The position numbers and the translations under genes were made by a program. Below, in pieces: positions 19,017 through 27,572 of a DNA stretch of 64,000 bases; position 1 is the stretch's first letter, and every line of letters begins with the position of its first letter. Source of the DNA: an uncultured Chromatiales bacterium (GTDB lineage: Bacteria > Pseudomonadota > Gammaproteobacteria > CBFCYW01); assembly GCA_965602395.1 (NCBI GenBank), contig CBFCYW010000001.1:2846-66845 (forward strand). The letters are read 5' to 3'. Below the pieces are notes generated by a model. The model saw nothing but the letters and a program-made list of their open reading frames with translations, ran no database searches and was not told the origin of the DNA.

Positions 19017-20815
19017 CAGAACATGATCAGCGCGATAAGCAGCGTCGCCGGCAGCCGGTAATCGTGGCTGATCACTGCGCGCGGCACGCTTGCACTCCAG
19101 GCGCTGCGCCGGGCGTCATCGGCCCGGCTGTGGTCGCCGCCATCACCGCTCGCTGGTTGCGCGCCGGATGGATAGACCGCGCGCAGGCGCACGAAATAGT
19201 CGCCATCCGCCGGCCGCGGCAGACTGACCAGTGGCGCTGCGCGCTGCACGCAAATGCCGCTGTCGACGATTTCGGTGAACTGCTCGTCAGCGGCCAGCTG
19301 CACCTCGTAGTGGCTGACCCCGGGCAGCGCCGGCCAGCGGATCACGATGCGATCGTGAAAGGCGAATGTCTCCGGCGGCGCCGGTCGCGGCGCACGGATG
19401 CGCAGCTTGCCGCCACTGCCGGGCTCGCTTTCGCGGCCGCTGTCGGTGACTGCGATGACCCGCCAGTGGTACTCGCCCGGTGGCAGATCCGCGGGTAGTT
19501 CGATGCGCTGTGCGGCGCCGCTGCGCTGCAGCAGGGGGCTGGAGAAATCCTCGCTGCCGCTCAGTTGCACGCGATAGCTGTCGGCGCCCGCCGCGGCCCG
19601 CCACGCCAGTGCGATCGGCGCGCCGTAGCCGGCCTCGCGGCGCGCCTCGATCAGCTCCGGCGTCGCCGGTGCGGGCGTCATCAGCAGGCTGTGCTCGGCG
19701 ACCCGACCGAGCAGGCCGGCGTCGTCGAGTGCGGCGATGCGCAGGTACAGGCGCCGTTCGCGTTCGGCGTGCAGCTCGGCGCGCGGCTCGGTCAGATGCT
19801 CGCTGCGCAGTATTTGCAGGAAATCGGCATCCGCGGCCACTTGCAGTCGCCAGGCCGCGGCGCCGGGGATCGCCGGCCAGCGCAGCTCACCGCGGCGCTG
19901 GGTGAAGCGTTCCGGCAGCGCGGACAGATCGGGGGCGTCGAGCAGTGCCACCGGCTCGCCCGGGGCTTCGCCGGGGGTGACGCTCAGCCCTCGTCCCTCG
20001 GGTATTTCGCTGGCGCCGAGCGCGTTGGCGACCAGGGTTGCGCCGCTGCTGACCTCCTCGCGCAGGCGGCCGTCGGCATCGACGCGAGCGCGGAACTCGG
20101 TGCCGCGCACCGAGGTGGTGGCGGCGGGGGTGATCAGCTCGAAGCGTCGATTGGGGTCGCCGCGGGTTGGCACGCGGATCTGGCCTTCGCCGGCGGTCAG
20201 CTCGGTGCTGATGTGGCTCAGGCGGCCACCGGCGTAGCTCTCGCTGCGCAGGATGCGCAGTGCGCTGGCGCTGCCCAGATGCAGCTGTGTGCCATCGAAA
20301 AAATTCAGCACCGCGGCGCCATCCTCGCCGGTGCCGAGCTGGTCGCCCGGCGCCAGCGAGAGGCCCGCGCGTAGCGGCTGTGCCACCACGCTGGGACGGC
20401 GCAGCCAGGTTTCGCCGGCCACGGCGGCGATTGAAACTGGGCTGTCGTCAGCGCTCAGCAGGTGGCGGGGGAACACCAGCCGGCTGCCGGGCTGCAGGCG
20501 CTGTGGTTGTTGGATATCGTTGAGTTCAAGCACCTGCAACACGTGCTGCGGGCTGCCGAGGAAATGCTCGCTGAGCCGCCAGGGGTTGTCGCCTTCGCGC
20601 ACCGTGTAGGTGATCGTTTCGGGTGGCTCGGGCGGGGTGTCGTCAGCCGTTGCGGGATCGCCTGCGCCCAGAGCTGGTGCACTCAGCAGCGCGGCGAGCA
20701 GTAGCGCCAGCGCCGGCCAGGTTCGTGCCACGGGGGCCGGGAAACGGGCATGAGTGCGCCGCTGCGAACGCCTTGAGCGCTGGATTGGACGCATACTTCG
20801 TGACAGCGGGTGCAT
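19016..20815 (-). CDS. exported LysM + FecR-domain protein with C-terminal beta-sandwich repeats
   Basis: Signal peptide, then a LysM-like segment (YTVREGDNPWRLSEHFLG...LNDIQQPQRLQPGSRLVFP). A FecR-like region follows (AGLSLAPGDQLGTGEDGAAVLNFFDGTQLHLGSAS). It pairs with a CHASE2 gene. Confidence 0.7.
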   Translation of the reverse strand: MHPLSRSMRPIQRSRRSQRRTHARFPAPVARTWPALALLLAALLSAPALGAGDPATADDTPPEPPETITYTVREGDNPWRLSEHFLGSPQHVLQVLELNDIQQPQRLQPGSRLVFPRHLLSADDSPVSIAAVAGETWLRRPSVVAQPLRAGLSLAPGDQLGTGEDGAAVLNFFDGTQLHLGSASALRILRSESYAGGRLSHISTELTAGEGQIRVPTRGDPNRRFELITPAATTSVRGTEFRARVDADGRLREEVSSGATLVANALGASEIPEGRGLSVTPGEAPGEPVALLDAPDLSALPERFTQRRGELRWPAIPGAAAWRLQVAADADFLQILRSEHLTEPRAELHAERERRLYLRIAALDDAGLLGRVAEHSLLMTPAPATPELIEARREAGYGAPIALAWRAAAGADSYRVQLSGSEDFSSPLLQRSGAAQRIELPADLPPGEYHWRVIAVTDSGRESEPGSGGKLRIRAPRPAPPETFAFHDRIVIRWPALPGVSHYEVQLAADEQFTEIVDSGICVQRAAPLVSLPRPADGDYFVRLRAVYPSGAQPASGDGGDHSRADDARRSAWSASVPRAVISHDYRLPATLLIALIMF

Positions 20816-20967
20816 GATGATCTGTGCAAACTGTGCCGTGCTTGCGGGGCGTGACGGTGAGTTTCCATGCCGGTGAGAAAGCGGTTTGGATCGGAACCTG
20901 TCAGTCGAATAATTTGAGCACTAACTTTAGATGGTTGTCGTGGACTATGTTTTGACTTTTCAGCCGA

Positions 20968-22119
20968 TTATTTGGCGTTCTGCTCAATTTTCAGCATGCC
21001 ATTGGCCACGCTCAGCCGGCATTCGCCGTCGAGTACCCGGCGCAGTTGCGCACCGATCAGCTGCTGCCGCCAGCCGGCTTCGACCAGGCTGCCGTTGTTG
21101 CTTTGCATCAGGCGCTCCAGCTCGCGCCGCGGGGCCAGCTGCGCCGGGTTGATATCAAGCTCTGCTGCGCGCTGCCGGGCGACCGCTTCGAGCAGTGTGA
21201 GCACCGCTTCCTGCGCTGCGCTGGGCTTGTTTTTGCGCCGCCGCGGCAGGGCGCGCGGCTGCTGATCGCGGCACTCGCGCACCAGTTGCAGCAGTGCCGC
21301 AGCGTGGCGTTTGCGGGCGCCGTCGGAGAGGCCGCGGATGCGCGCTAATTCTCCGGCGTCGCTTGGTTTCAATTTGGCAATGTCGAGCAGTACGTCGTCT
21401 TTCATCACCCAGTTGCGCGGCAGGTTGGCTTCGCGCGCGCTGCGCTCGCGCCAGGCGGCCAGTTCCTGGGCGATCGCCAGGCTGTGGCCACGCAGGCGTT
21501 CGACGCCGCGCAGCTTTTGCCACAGATCCTCCAGCGGCTTGTCGTAGCGCGCCGGGTCGAGGAGTGCGTCGAACTCCGCTGTCAGCCAGTCGAGGCGGCC
21601 CAGGCGTTGCAGCTCGTCGCGCATGCGCGGGTAGAGCTGCGCCAGATAGACCACATCGTCGGCGGCGTAGCTGAGCTGCGCGGCGGACAGTGGCCGCTGG
21701 CTCCAGTCGGTGCGCGAGTGGGCCTTGGCCAGCTCCACGCCGAGCACCGCCTGCACCAGCCGCGCGTAGCCCATCTGCTCGTCGTGGCCGAGCAGCGGTG
21801 CGGCGAGCTGGGTGTCAAAGACCGGTTGCGGCGGGCGGCCGCGCAGGCAGTGGAAGATTTCCAGATCCTGCGATGCGGCGTGAAAGACCTTGGTGATGCG
21901 CTCGTCGTAGAGCAGGTCGAGCAGCGGGTCGAGCGCCACTGCCAGCGGATCGATGCAGGCGACGACCTCGGCCGTGGCCAGCTGGATCAGGCACAGTTCC
22001 GGCCGGTAGCTGCGCTCGCGCAGGAACTCGGTGTCCACCGCGATCCACTCGACGCCGGCGAGTTGTTCACAGAGCTGGCGCAGCGGTTCGGCGCTGTCGA
22101 TAAAACGGGGTTGGGGCAT
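20968..22119 (-). CDS. rnd: ribonuclease D
   Basis: DEDD exonuclease motifs (VDTEFLRERSY, KVFHAASQDLE, YAADDVVYL) followed by an HRDC region. Confidence 0.9.
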   Translation of the reverse strand: MPQPRFIDSAEPLRQLCEQLAGVEWIAVDTEFLRERSYRPELCLIQLATAEVVACIDPLAVALDPLLDLLYDERITKVFHAASQDLEIFHCLRGRPPQPVFDTQLAAPLLGHDEQMGYARLVQAVLGVELAKAHSRTDWSQRPLSAAQLSYAADDVVYLAQLYPRMRDELQRLGRLDWLTAEFDALLDPARYDKPLEDLWQKLRGVERLRGHSLAIAQELAAWRERSAREANLPRNWVMKDDVLLDIAKLKPSDAGELARIRGLSDGARKRHAAALLQLVRECRDQQPRALPRRRKNKPSAAQEAVLTLLEAVARQRAAELDINPAQLAPRRELERLMQSNNGSLVEAGWRQQLIGAQLRRVLDGECRLSVANGMLKIEQNAK

Positions 22120-22244
22120 GTTGAAGCTCGGCGCCGGGGCGCGTCCTGGTGGTGATCGCCTGTGGTTGTCGTCGTGGCACGCTGCCGCTGGCGCGGGGCG
22201 GGAGGTCGCAGGCGAGGCGCGAAAGAGGGGAGATTGGCGCTTGA

Positions 22245-23102
22245 GTGACGCCGCAATTGGGAATATTATCCCAACTTATGAGCGAACAAATTGCCACAGC
22301 TCTGCTCGCCGCGATGGAGCGCCTGCTGCGCCCGCTGGTGCGCATTCTGCTGCGCAATGGCATCGCCTACGGCCAGTCCGCCGAAGTGTTGCGCAAAGTA
22401 TACACGGATGTCGCCTACGACGATTTCACCCTGCCGGGCAGGAAGCAGACTGTGTCGCGCGTCGCGGTGCTCACCGGCCTGACCCGCAAGGAGGTCAAGC
22501 GCCTCCACGAACTGCCGCCCGGTGATCTGGCCGATAGCCACGAGCGCTACAACCGCTCGATCCGCGTGATCACCGGCTGGCTGACCGATGCGCAATTCCT
22601 CGCGGCCGACGGCGAACCCGCCGAGCTGCCGCTGAGCGGTGCCACCGGCAGTTTCGAGGCGCTGGTGAAAAAGCACAGCGGCGACATGCCGCCGCGTGCG
22701 GTATTCCAGGCGCTGGCCGCCGCGGGCAGTGTCGCCGAGCGCGATGGGCGCGCGGTGCTGCTGCGCCGCGCCTACGTGCCGGGTGGCGATCCGGTGGACA
22801 AGATCGCCATCCTCGGCAGCGACTGCGCCGAACTGCTCGACACCATCGACCACAACCTGGTCAGCCCGCGCGACGCCTTGCACTACCAGCGCAAGGTGAG
22901 CAGCGCGACGCTGCGCGCCGACCAGGTCGAGGCCTTCCGCGAACTGAGTGCCGCGCGCTCCCAGGCCCTGCTCGAAGAGCTGAACGCCTGGCTGTCGCAG
23001 CGCGAGGTCGCCGAGGGCAGCGACCAACCGGGCCGTGCGGTGAGCCTTGGCATCTATTTTTACCGGGAACGCGATACGGACTCGGAGGAGTCATCAACAT
23101 GA
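22245..23102 (+). CDS. DUF6502-like protein with a probable helix-turn-helix
   Basis: The segment RKQTVSRVAVLTGLTRKEVKRL looks like an HTH. Start is uncertain: GTG at 22245 (GGGGAG 13 nt upstream) or ATG at 22278. The stop overlaps the next ATG (ATGA). Confidence 0.55.
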   Translation: MTPQLGILSQLMSEQIATALLAAMERLLRPLVRILLRNGIAYGQSAEVLRKVYTDVAYDDFTLPGRKQTVSRVAVLTGLTRKEVKRLHELPPGDLADSHERYNRSIRVITGWLTDAQFLAADGEPAELPLSGATGSFEALVKKHSGDMPPRAVFQALAAAGSVAERDGRAVLLRRAYVPGGDPVDKIAILGSDCAELLDTIDHNLVSPRDALHYQRKVSSATLRADQVEAFRELSAARSQALLEELNAWLSQREVAEGSDQPGRAVSLGIYFYRERDTDSEESST

Positions 23103-24694
23103 ATAATCGCCCACGTGATGTCGTGCTGAGCACAGCCTGGCTGCGGCAATGCTGCTCCGCCCTGTTTGCGGGAGTCTCGCGCAGCGCATCGGCCGGCGCA
23201 TCGGCCGGCGCACTGGCCATTGCCGCAGGGCTGCTGGCCGCCTGTGGCGCCAGCAGTGGACCGACGGCCTCGGGCATCGGCGGTACCGGTTTTGTCGCTC
23301 GCGGCGAGATCAGCGCCATCTCCGGCGGCGCGACGCAGGCGGTCGACAGTATCACCGTCAACGGCAGCGCCTACGCGCTGGCCGGGGCCAGTGTCAGCGT
23401 TGACGATAGCGCTGCCAGCGCCGATGACCTGCGCCTCGGCATGGTGGTCACCGTGCGTGGCAGCGGCGATCTCGCCGAGGAGGTGGTCTACGACGACGAG
23501 GTCGAGGGGCCGATCGTCAATCTGCAAATCGCCGCCGACGGCGATTCGGCGACCTTCGACGTGTTCGGCATCGCGGTCAGCGCCAGCGCCAGCGGCACGC
23601 ACTTCGATGCCGACAGCAGCGGCTTCGGTCTCGCCGCGCTGGCCGACAAGCAAATGGTCGAAGTCAGCGGTTTTCGCGACAACGGTGCGCTGCAGGCGAC
23701 GCGCATCGAGCTCAAGAGTGCCAGCTTCAGCGCCGGCGCCGAGGTGGAGGTGAAGGGCACGGTCAGCGGGCTGGGCGCGAGCAGCTTCACCTTGGCCGGG
23801 AATCCGGGTCTGACGATCAGCTTCGATGCCGGCACCGAGCTGGATGAGCTGCCCGGCGGCACGCTCAGCGACGGCGATTTCGTCGAGGTGCGCGGCACCC
23901 TGAACGCCACTATGGATCAACTCGACGCAGATGAAATCGAGGGTGAGGACGGCGCCCTCGGCGGCGAGGATGGCGCACAATCGAGTGTTGAAGGGCTGGT
24001 CGGCGGCGTGCAGCAGAATACTGGCGGCAACCCCGAGCTGTCGGCTTTCACGGTCGCCGGGCAGCTGGTGGACGCCTCCGGCGCCGGCACCGAATTCCGC
24101 CCGGCGTCGCTGGCACAGAGCCTGGCCGACGGCATGCGCGTCGAGGTCGAGGGCGAGCTGCAGGGCGGCGTGCTGGTGGCCGACGAGGTGAAGCTTAAGA
24201 GCGAGGCCAGGGTCGCGGCGCTGCTCGATGAAATCGACGAGAGCGCCGGCACGCTAACGCTGACTTTCGCCCCGGGGCTGAGCATCGTCGTCGACTACGG
24301 TGCGGCGACCGAATTCGACGAGCCGCTGAGCCTGCTCACGGTGGATATCAGCCACGTCGAAGTGGAGGGTGCGGTGGACGCCGCCAGTGGCCGGCTGCAG
24401 GCCGCGCGCGTGCGCGATGCCGAGCAGAACGGCAGCGAGCCGGTGAGCATTCGCGCGCGCGTCGAGGCATTCACCGCGCCCGGCATCGGTGGTCTCGGCA
24501 GTGGCTCGATCACCCTGCTCGGGGTGGATTTCACCGCCGGCGGCGCAGTCTTCGAGGCCGAAAACGGGGATCCCATCGATTCGACGACCTTCTGGAGCCA
24601 GCTGCGCGTCGGCGACGAGATCGAGCTGGAGGACGAACTCGCCGGCAACCTGCAGGGTGACGGCAGCGCCGACAAGGTCGCCTTCGAGGATTGA
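23099..24694 (+). CDS. lipoprotein with repeated DUF5666-like OB/beta modules
   Basis: Lipobox LLAACG. At least four recurrences of a module ending in (M/F)VEV.G...G.L.A..IEL/VKL. Very acidic and Gly/Ala rich. Confidence 0.6.
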   Translation: MNNRPRDVVLSTAWLRQCCSALFAGVSRSASAGASAGALAIAAGLLAACGASSGPTASGIGGTGFVARGEISAISGGATQAVDSITVNGSAYALAGASVSVDDSAASADDLRLGMVVTVRGSGDLAEEVVYDDEVEGPIVNLQIAADGDSATFDVFGIAVSASASGTHFDADSSGFGLAALADKQMVEVSGFRDNGALQATRIELKSASFSAGAEVEVKGTVSGLGASSFTLAGNPGLTISFDAGTELDELPGGTLSDGDFVEVRGTLNATMDQLDADEIEGEDGALGGEDGAQSSVEGLVGGVQQNTGGNPELSAFTVAGQLVDASGAGTEFRPASLAQSLADGMRVEVEGELQGGVLVADEVKLKSEARVAALLDEIDESAGTLTLTFAPGLSIVVDYGAATEFDEPLSLLTVDISHVEVEGAVDAASGRLQAARVRDAEQNGSEPVSIRARVEAFTAPGIGGLGSGSITLLGVDFTAGGAVFEAENGDPIDSTTFWSQLRVGDEIELEDELAGNLQGDGSADKVAFED

Positions 24695-24946
24695 CACCGG
24701 CGGCGATCGCGGGCGATTGCACAGCCCGGTGCTGGTGATCGGCAGGCTGTGATCTCTTCAGTCCCCCGCGCACTCGGGGGGCGTTTCACTTCCGCGGGTC
24801 TGTCTTTTTTGTAACCGTGAAACATATGCTTGCTGCGCCAAGGCAACCGTTTTGTCACCTATTTGACAAGGATGTAGCGATAGTCTGCTGGTACTGGAAG
24901 CGGCCAAAGACGGCCGCGGACGCAGATCGTCGGGGAGGCGACAGCC

Positions 24947-25909
24947 ATGTTTATTATCCGTTCGTGGCGTTTTCTGCGGGTGCCTTCGGCACTCATTTCA
25001 CTGGCATTTCTGGCGATGATTGCGCTGCAGATGACCGCCTGCATGGTCGCCAACAGCGGCGAGGGACAGGCGGTCGCCTCTACCCATCAGCCCACCGGAC
25101 GCCTGTCACTGGCGATCACCGATGCGCCGCTCGCCGCCGCCGCGCAGGTGGTGGTGGAGTTTGCCGGCGTGGCGGTGCAGGGCGTCGGCGGCGTCTGGCA
25201 CGATTTCGACTTCAGCGCGCCGCGCCACGTCGATCTCGTCAATCTCGCCGGTGGCGGCAGTGAATTGCTGCTCGATGACGTGATCCTGCCGGCCGGCAGG
25301 TACCGGGCGATCCGCCTGTGGGTGAATGCCGAGGGCGGCGCCGGCGACTCCTTCATCGTGCGCGAGCAGGGCGGTGCGCGACGCGGCCTGCGGATTCCCG
25401 AGGGCGCCCGCGACGGGCTGGAACTGCGCCACGAATTCACCGTTGCCGCCAATGGCATCAGCGCCTTTACCGTCGATTTCGACCTGCGCAAGAGCGTCTT
25501 CGCGACTGCCGCGGATGACGGCGATTACCTGCTGCGGCCGTCGCTGCGGCTGGTCGATAACCTGACCGTGGGGCGCATCACCGGCAGGGTCGCCGGCGAG
25601 CTGCTCAACGGCGATCACTGCAACACCGGCGCCGTCTATCTCTACAGCGGGCGCGGTGCGATCCCGGACGATCTCGGCGGCAGCGGTCAGCAGCCGCTGG
25701 TCGCGGCGCCGGTGCTGCGCGATGCCGCCAGCGGCGATGGCTTCGCCTACACCCTGTCCTATGTCGCCGCCGGCGATTACACCCTGGCCTTCACCTGCCA
25801 GGCGCTGGTGGATGTCGCCAACAGCGACGAGCCGCTGCATTTCAGCGTGCCGAACGAGGTATCGCTGGTCGCCGGCGCGGTGGCCAAAGTGGATTTCTCA
25901 TCGCTCTGA
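24947..25909 (+). CDS. DUF4382-like lipoprotein
   Basis: GGAGG RBS and a lipobox-like LQMTAC. The LSLAITDAP...VVVEFAGVAVQ...DLVNL signature matches what I recall for DUF4382. Confidence 0.6.
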   Translation: MFIIRSWRFLRVPSALISLAFLAMIALQMTACMVANSGEGQAVASTHQPTGRLSLAITDAPLAAAAQVVVEFAGVAVQGVGGVWHDFDFSAPRHVDLVNLAGGGSELLLDDVILPAGRYRAIRLWVNAEGGAGDSFIVREQGGARRGLRIPEGARDGLELRHEFTVAANGISAFTVDFDLRKSVFATAADDGDYLLRPSLRLVDNLTVGRITGRVAGELLNGDHCNTGAVYLYSGRGAIPDDLGGSGQQPLVAAPVLRDAASGDGFAYTLSYVAAGDYTLAFTCQALVDVANSDEPLHFSVPNEVSLVAGAVAKVDFSSL

Positions 25910-25949
25910 ACCGATTTCTTTCTCGCCAGGCTTTGAGCCGCGAATTCCG

Positions 25950-25974
25950 GGCCGCCGCAGAGGCGGCCTTTTTT
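25950..25974 (+). terminator. rho-independent terminator after the DUF4382 gene
   Basis: GGCCGCC-gcaga-GGCGGCC stem followed by TTTTTT. Confidence 0.8.
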
Positions 25975-26014
25975 ATCCCGCCAAAGTTATCCCGCCAAAT
26001 TTATCCCACCAATC
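25973..26014. repeat. three tandem 14-bp direct repeats (TTATCCCGCCAAAG / TTATCCCGCCAAAT / TTATCCCACCAATC)
   Basis: Read directly. The array starts inside the terminator T-tract, about 175 nt upstream of the rhodanese start. Confidence 0.9.
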
Positions 26015-26187
26015 CCGATGGCGCATTGCAGCCCGCGGCGGCGGCGATTTGATACGCTCTGCGGCGCGCGTCGCCGACAGCGGCGATGCGCGGAACAGCG
26101 TCGCCAATGGCCGGTCACAAAGGCAGGCGCGACGATTGTCACGATCGTGCCGACGCCAGGCCATCAGCGCCGCCACCGGGAGTCGTT

Positions 26188-26844
26188 ATGAACATCGCCA
26201 CTGCGCAGCCTGTGCCGCTGTTGTTTGCCTTTGCCCTGATTCTCGGCGCGGCTGGCGCGCCACCGGCGCTGGCGGTCGACCAGGCGCAGGTGCGCGAAAA
26301 GTGGCACACGCCCTACGGCCTGTATTTGTCGGCGGCGGAGGCGCTGGCGATGAAGCGGCGCGATGGCGACGCGCTGGCCTTTGTCGACGTGCGCACCCGC
26401 GCCGAGCTGAAATACGTCGGCGCGCCGCAGCAGATCGACGTCAACCTGCCGCTGCGGTTTTTTCAGACCGATCGCTGGAGCCAGCGCAACGCCAGCTTCG
26501 CCACCGATCCGAACCGCCGCTTCGCCGCCGAGCTGCTCGCCTGGCTGGCCACTCGCGGCGGTGATCGCGACACGCCGATCATCCTCATGTGCCAGTCCGG
26601 CAGCCGCTCGCCGATCGCCGCCAAACTGCTGCACCGCGCCGGTTTCAGCACGGTGTACACCCTCTACGAGGGCTTTGAGGGGGTGAAGGCCAAATCCGGC
26701 GAGCGCGCCGGTCAGCGGGTGGTCAACGGCTGGAAGAACGCCGGCTTGCCGTGGTCCTACCGGCTGGCGCGGGAGAAGATGTACGCGCCGGATCAGTGGG
26801 TCGCGGCGGCCGACGCTTCGAGCAGCGGTACGGCCAGCGAGTAG
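26188..26844 (+). CDS. periplasmic rhodanese-domain sulfurtransferase
   Basis: Signal peptide ending ALAVDQ. Rhodanese active-site loop MCQSGSRS. The start at 26188 follows a GGGAG. Confidence 0.75.
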   Translation: MNIATAQPVPLLFAFALILGAAGAPPALAVDQAQVREKWHTPYGLYLSAAEALAMKRRDGDALAFVDVRTRAELKYVGAPQQIDVNLPLRFFQTDRWSQRNASFATDPNRRFAAELLAWLATRGGDRDTPIILMCQSGSRSPIAAKLLHRAGFSTVYTLYEGFEGVKAKSGERAGQRVVNGWKNAGLPWSYRLAREKMYAPDQWVAAADASSSGTASE

Positions 26845-27500
26845 AGCGCCAGCGCGATCACCGCCAGCCCGGCGGCGCGGCGCAGCCAGGTGTGCCGCGC
26901 CAGGCGTTGCAGGCCGCGCGCCGCGGCGCCCAGGGCGAGCAGGGTGGGCAGGGTGCCGAGGCCGAAGGCGAGCATCAGCAGCGCGCCGTCGAGCGCCGAG
27001 CCGGTGGTCAGCGCCCAGACCAGCACCGAGTAGACCATGCCGCAGGGCAGCCAGCCCCAGACCAGCCCCAGCGCCAGCGCCTGCGCCATCGAGCGCGGTG
27101 GCAGAAAGCGCCGGCCGAAGGGTTCCAGATGCCGCCACAGGTGGCTGCCGAGCCGCTCCAGCGGCGCCAGCAGTGGCGTGAAGCCGGTCAGATAAACGCC
27201 CAGCGCGATCAGAAACAGCGCCGCCAGCAGCGCGGCGACGTGTCGCGCGGTGTCCACTTCGATAAAGCTCAGCGCGCCGGCACCGAGGCCGCCGGCGATG
27301 GCGCCGGCGCTGGCGTAGCTGGCCAGTCGTCCGGCGTTGTAGGCGAGCAGATAGCGCAGCAGCGCGAGCGGCCGCTGGCGCACCGCGGCCGGCAGGCCCA
27401 TGGAGAGCGCGCCGGCGATGCCACCGCACATGCCCACGCAATGGCTGCCGCCGAGCAGGCCGATCAGCAGCGCGGAGATCAGCAGGCTGGCGTCGTTCAC
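26793..27500 (-). CDS. TauE/SafE-like membrane protein with HCxxMCGG motif (cco-cluster associated)
   Basis: N-terminus LLIGLLGGSHCVGMCGGIAGAL. Polytopic. It occupies the position seen next to ccoS/ccoH in Pseudomonas-type clusters. Confidence 0.7.
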   Translation of the reverse strand: MNDASLLISALLIGLLGGSHCVGMCGGIAGALSMGLPAAVRQRPLALLRYLLAYNAGRLASYASAGAIAGGLGAGALSFIEVDTARHVAALLAALFLIALGVYLTGFTPLLAPLERLGSHLWRHLEPFGRRFLPPRSMAQALALGLVWGWLPCGMVYSVLVWALTTGSALDGALLMLAFGLGTLPTLLALGAAARGLQRLARHTWLRRAAGLAVIALALYSLAVPLLEASAAATH

Positions 27501-27572
27501 GCGTGGCTACGGTTGGCTGTGGTGGGGCAGGCTTGTGCGCGGCGACGCGCCGCTGGCGCCGCTCCGCGCGGT

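Noticed and set aside
25973-26014. DnaA-box resemblance of the TTATCC repeats
   Set aside because: The units read TTATCCCGCC and TTATCCCACC, not TTATCCACA. There is no AT-rich unwinding element or dnaA/dnaN context, so this is not an origin.
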